Origin: Podarcis pityusensis
Lineage: Eukaryota
Reading direction: 5' to 3' (one strand)
Length of the DNA stretch: 64,000 bases
Assembly: GCA_964106645.2 (NCBI GenBank)
Contig: OZ067040.1
The notes beneath the pieces are model-generated. The model did no database searches, had not been told where the DNA came from, and saw nothing but the letters and a program-made list of their open reading frames with translations. This document shows positions 63,011-64,000 of the stretch, one piece after another. A program made the translations under genes and the position numbers. Each line of letters begins with the position of its first letter. The stretch's first letter is position 1.

Positions 63011-64000
63011 GTATGTACATCACTTAGAAACTTTGCTGATTAAGCTGTATACAAAAAGCTGAAATAAATGAAGCAACTGGTTTAAGTAATATTGACCATG
63101 AAGACTCTCTGTGGATATGTACACTAGGTAATTTGTGTTTTGTGACTCCCAGTTTCTTAAGCCCAGTGCTGATATCTCTCTTCCCTTTCCCTCCTATGTC
63201 CCATGGCCTTGCAAACCTCTGTAGACACTTCTGCATATCTGACTTTGTGACTATCTAGATTATTGTTTTGCTCCAAAATTTAAGGAATTGTGATTATACA
63301 TTAATCTTGCAGCAGTTTGTGCTTTGAAATGGTTAAAACACCTGAAGTCTAATATTTGTGGTATACACGTAGGATATGTAGGTATGTTGGGTATGTATTA
63401 TATGTAATGTATGTAATGTATTGTATTGTATTTGTTAACTGTTAATTGTATTTCTATGTAAATTGATGTATAATAAAGATTATTTAAAAAATCTGAATGT
63501 TTATCTAGCTGCAAGAGTGGATTCTGCTTATAAGAAAAGACCATATTTTGATGAATCACATGATTTGTGACATTAGCACATGCTCTGTAAGTTTTTATCA
63601 TGAGAAGAGAGTCATTGGTACAAGAAAGAAGAGTTCCTTCATGAGCCTCTGTAATATATGTGACACACACAAGGTGGCAGAATGAGCATAGGGCTACCTA
63701 AGTAAAAAGAATGGAAATGCTGCAAAAGAAATGTTTCCCCTTATTTTTGTTCATATTTCTCAAAAGCCAAGTGATTTCTAAATATGTAGAAAGGTGGATA
63801 TGATTATTTAAGACTTCAGTCTTGCCAATCATCCCATCCTCTCCTAATAATTGGCAATTAAATGCAAATGTTCAGAGCTCACCGGCTACTTCTGGAAATT
63901 AATAACCCGGGCAACTACTCACACCCTCATTTTTATTGAAAACACGATTCTATCAACATATTGATTCTCTAAGTGAAGCTGAACTTTTCTCAGCTGAAGG

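Noticed and set aside
63360-63480. GTAT/ATGTA-rich stretch
   Set aside because: Low-complexity decay with no defined periodic array or function.
1-64000. Conserved miRNA, snoRNA or ribozyme genes
   Set aside because: A by-eye check found no match to the mature miRNAs I recall and no C/D pair with a terminal stem. An Infernal/Rfam scan would be needed to exclude them.

Overview
Vertebrate genomic DNA, about 60% AT and CpG-depleted, that is almost entirely non-coding (a large intron or gene desert). The repeat content points to a squamate, probably a lacertid lizard (inferred from recalled repeat families, not searched). It includes tRNA-derived SINEs with CR1-type tails, CORE/MIR-like SINEs, CR1, L2, L1 and RTE-X-like LINE fragments, Tc1/mariner MITEs with TA duplications, hAT MITEs with 8-bp duplications, solo LTRs and microsatellites. 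I recognise no known protein-coding gene, rRNA, true tRNA or CRISPR array. Nearly all listed ORFs are chance ORFs or LINE remnants. The best non-repeat signal is a CpG-retaining segment at about 50.0-50.44 kb. It has a good-context ATG and a consensus donor that can splice in frame to a second candidate exon (53105-53247), giving an unrecognised 90-codon open frame. Other items of note are hAT insertions at the same site in two SINE copies, a solo LTR carrying CTCF-like, octamer and TATA motifs, a near-perfect hairpin MITE, and several candidate conserved non-coding elements. I cannot support a new biological system from sequence alone.
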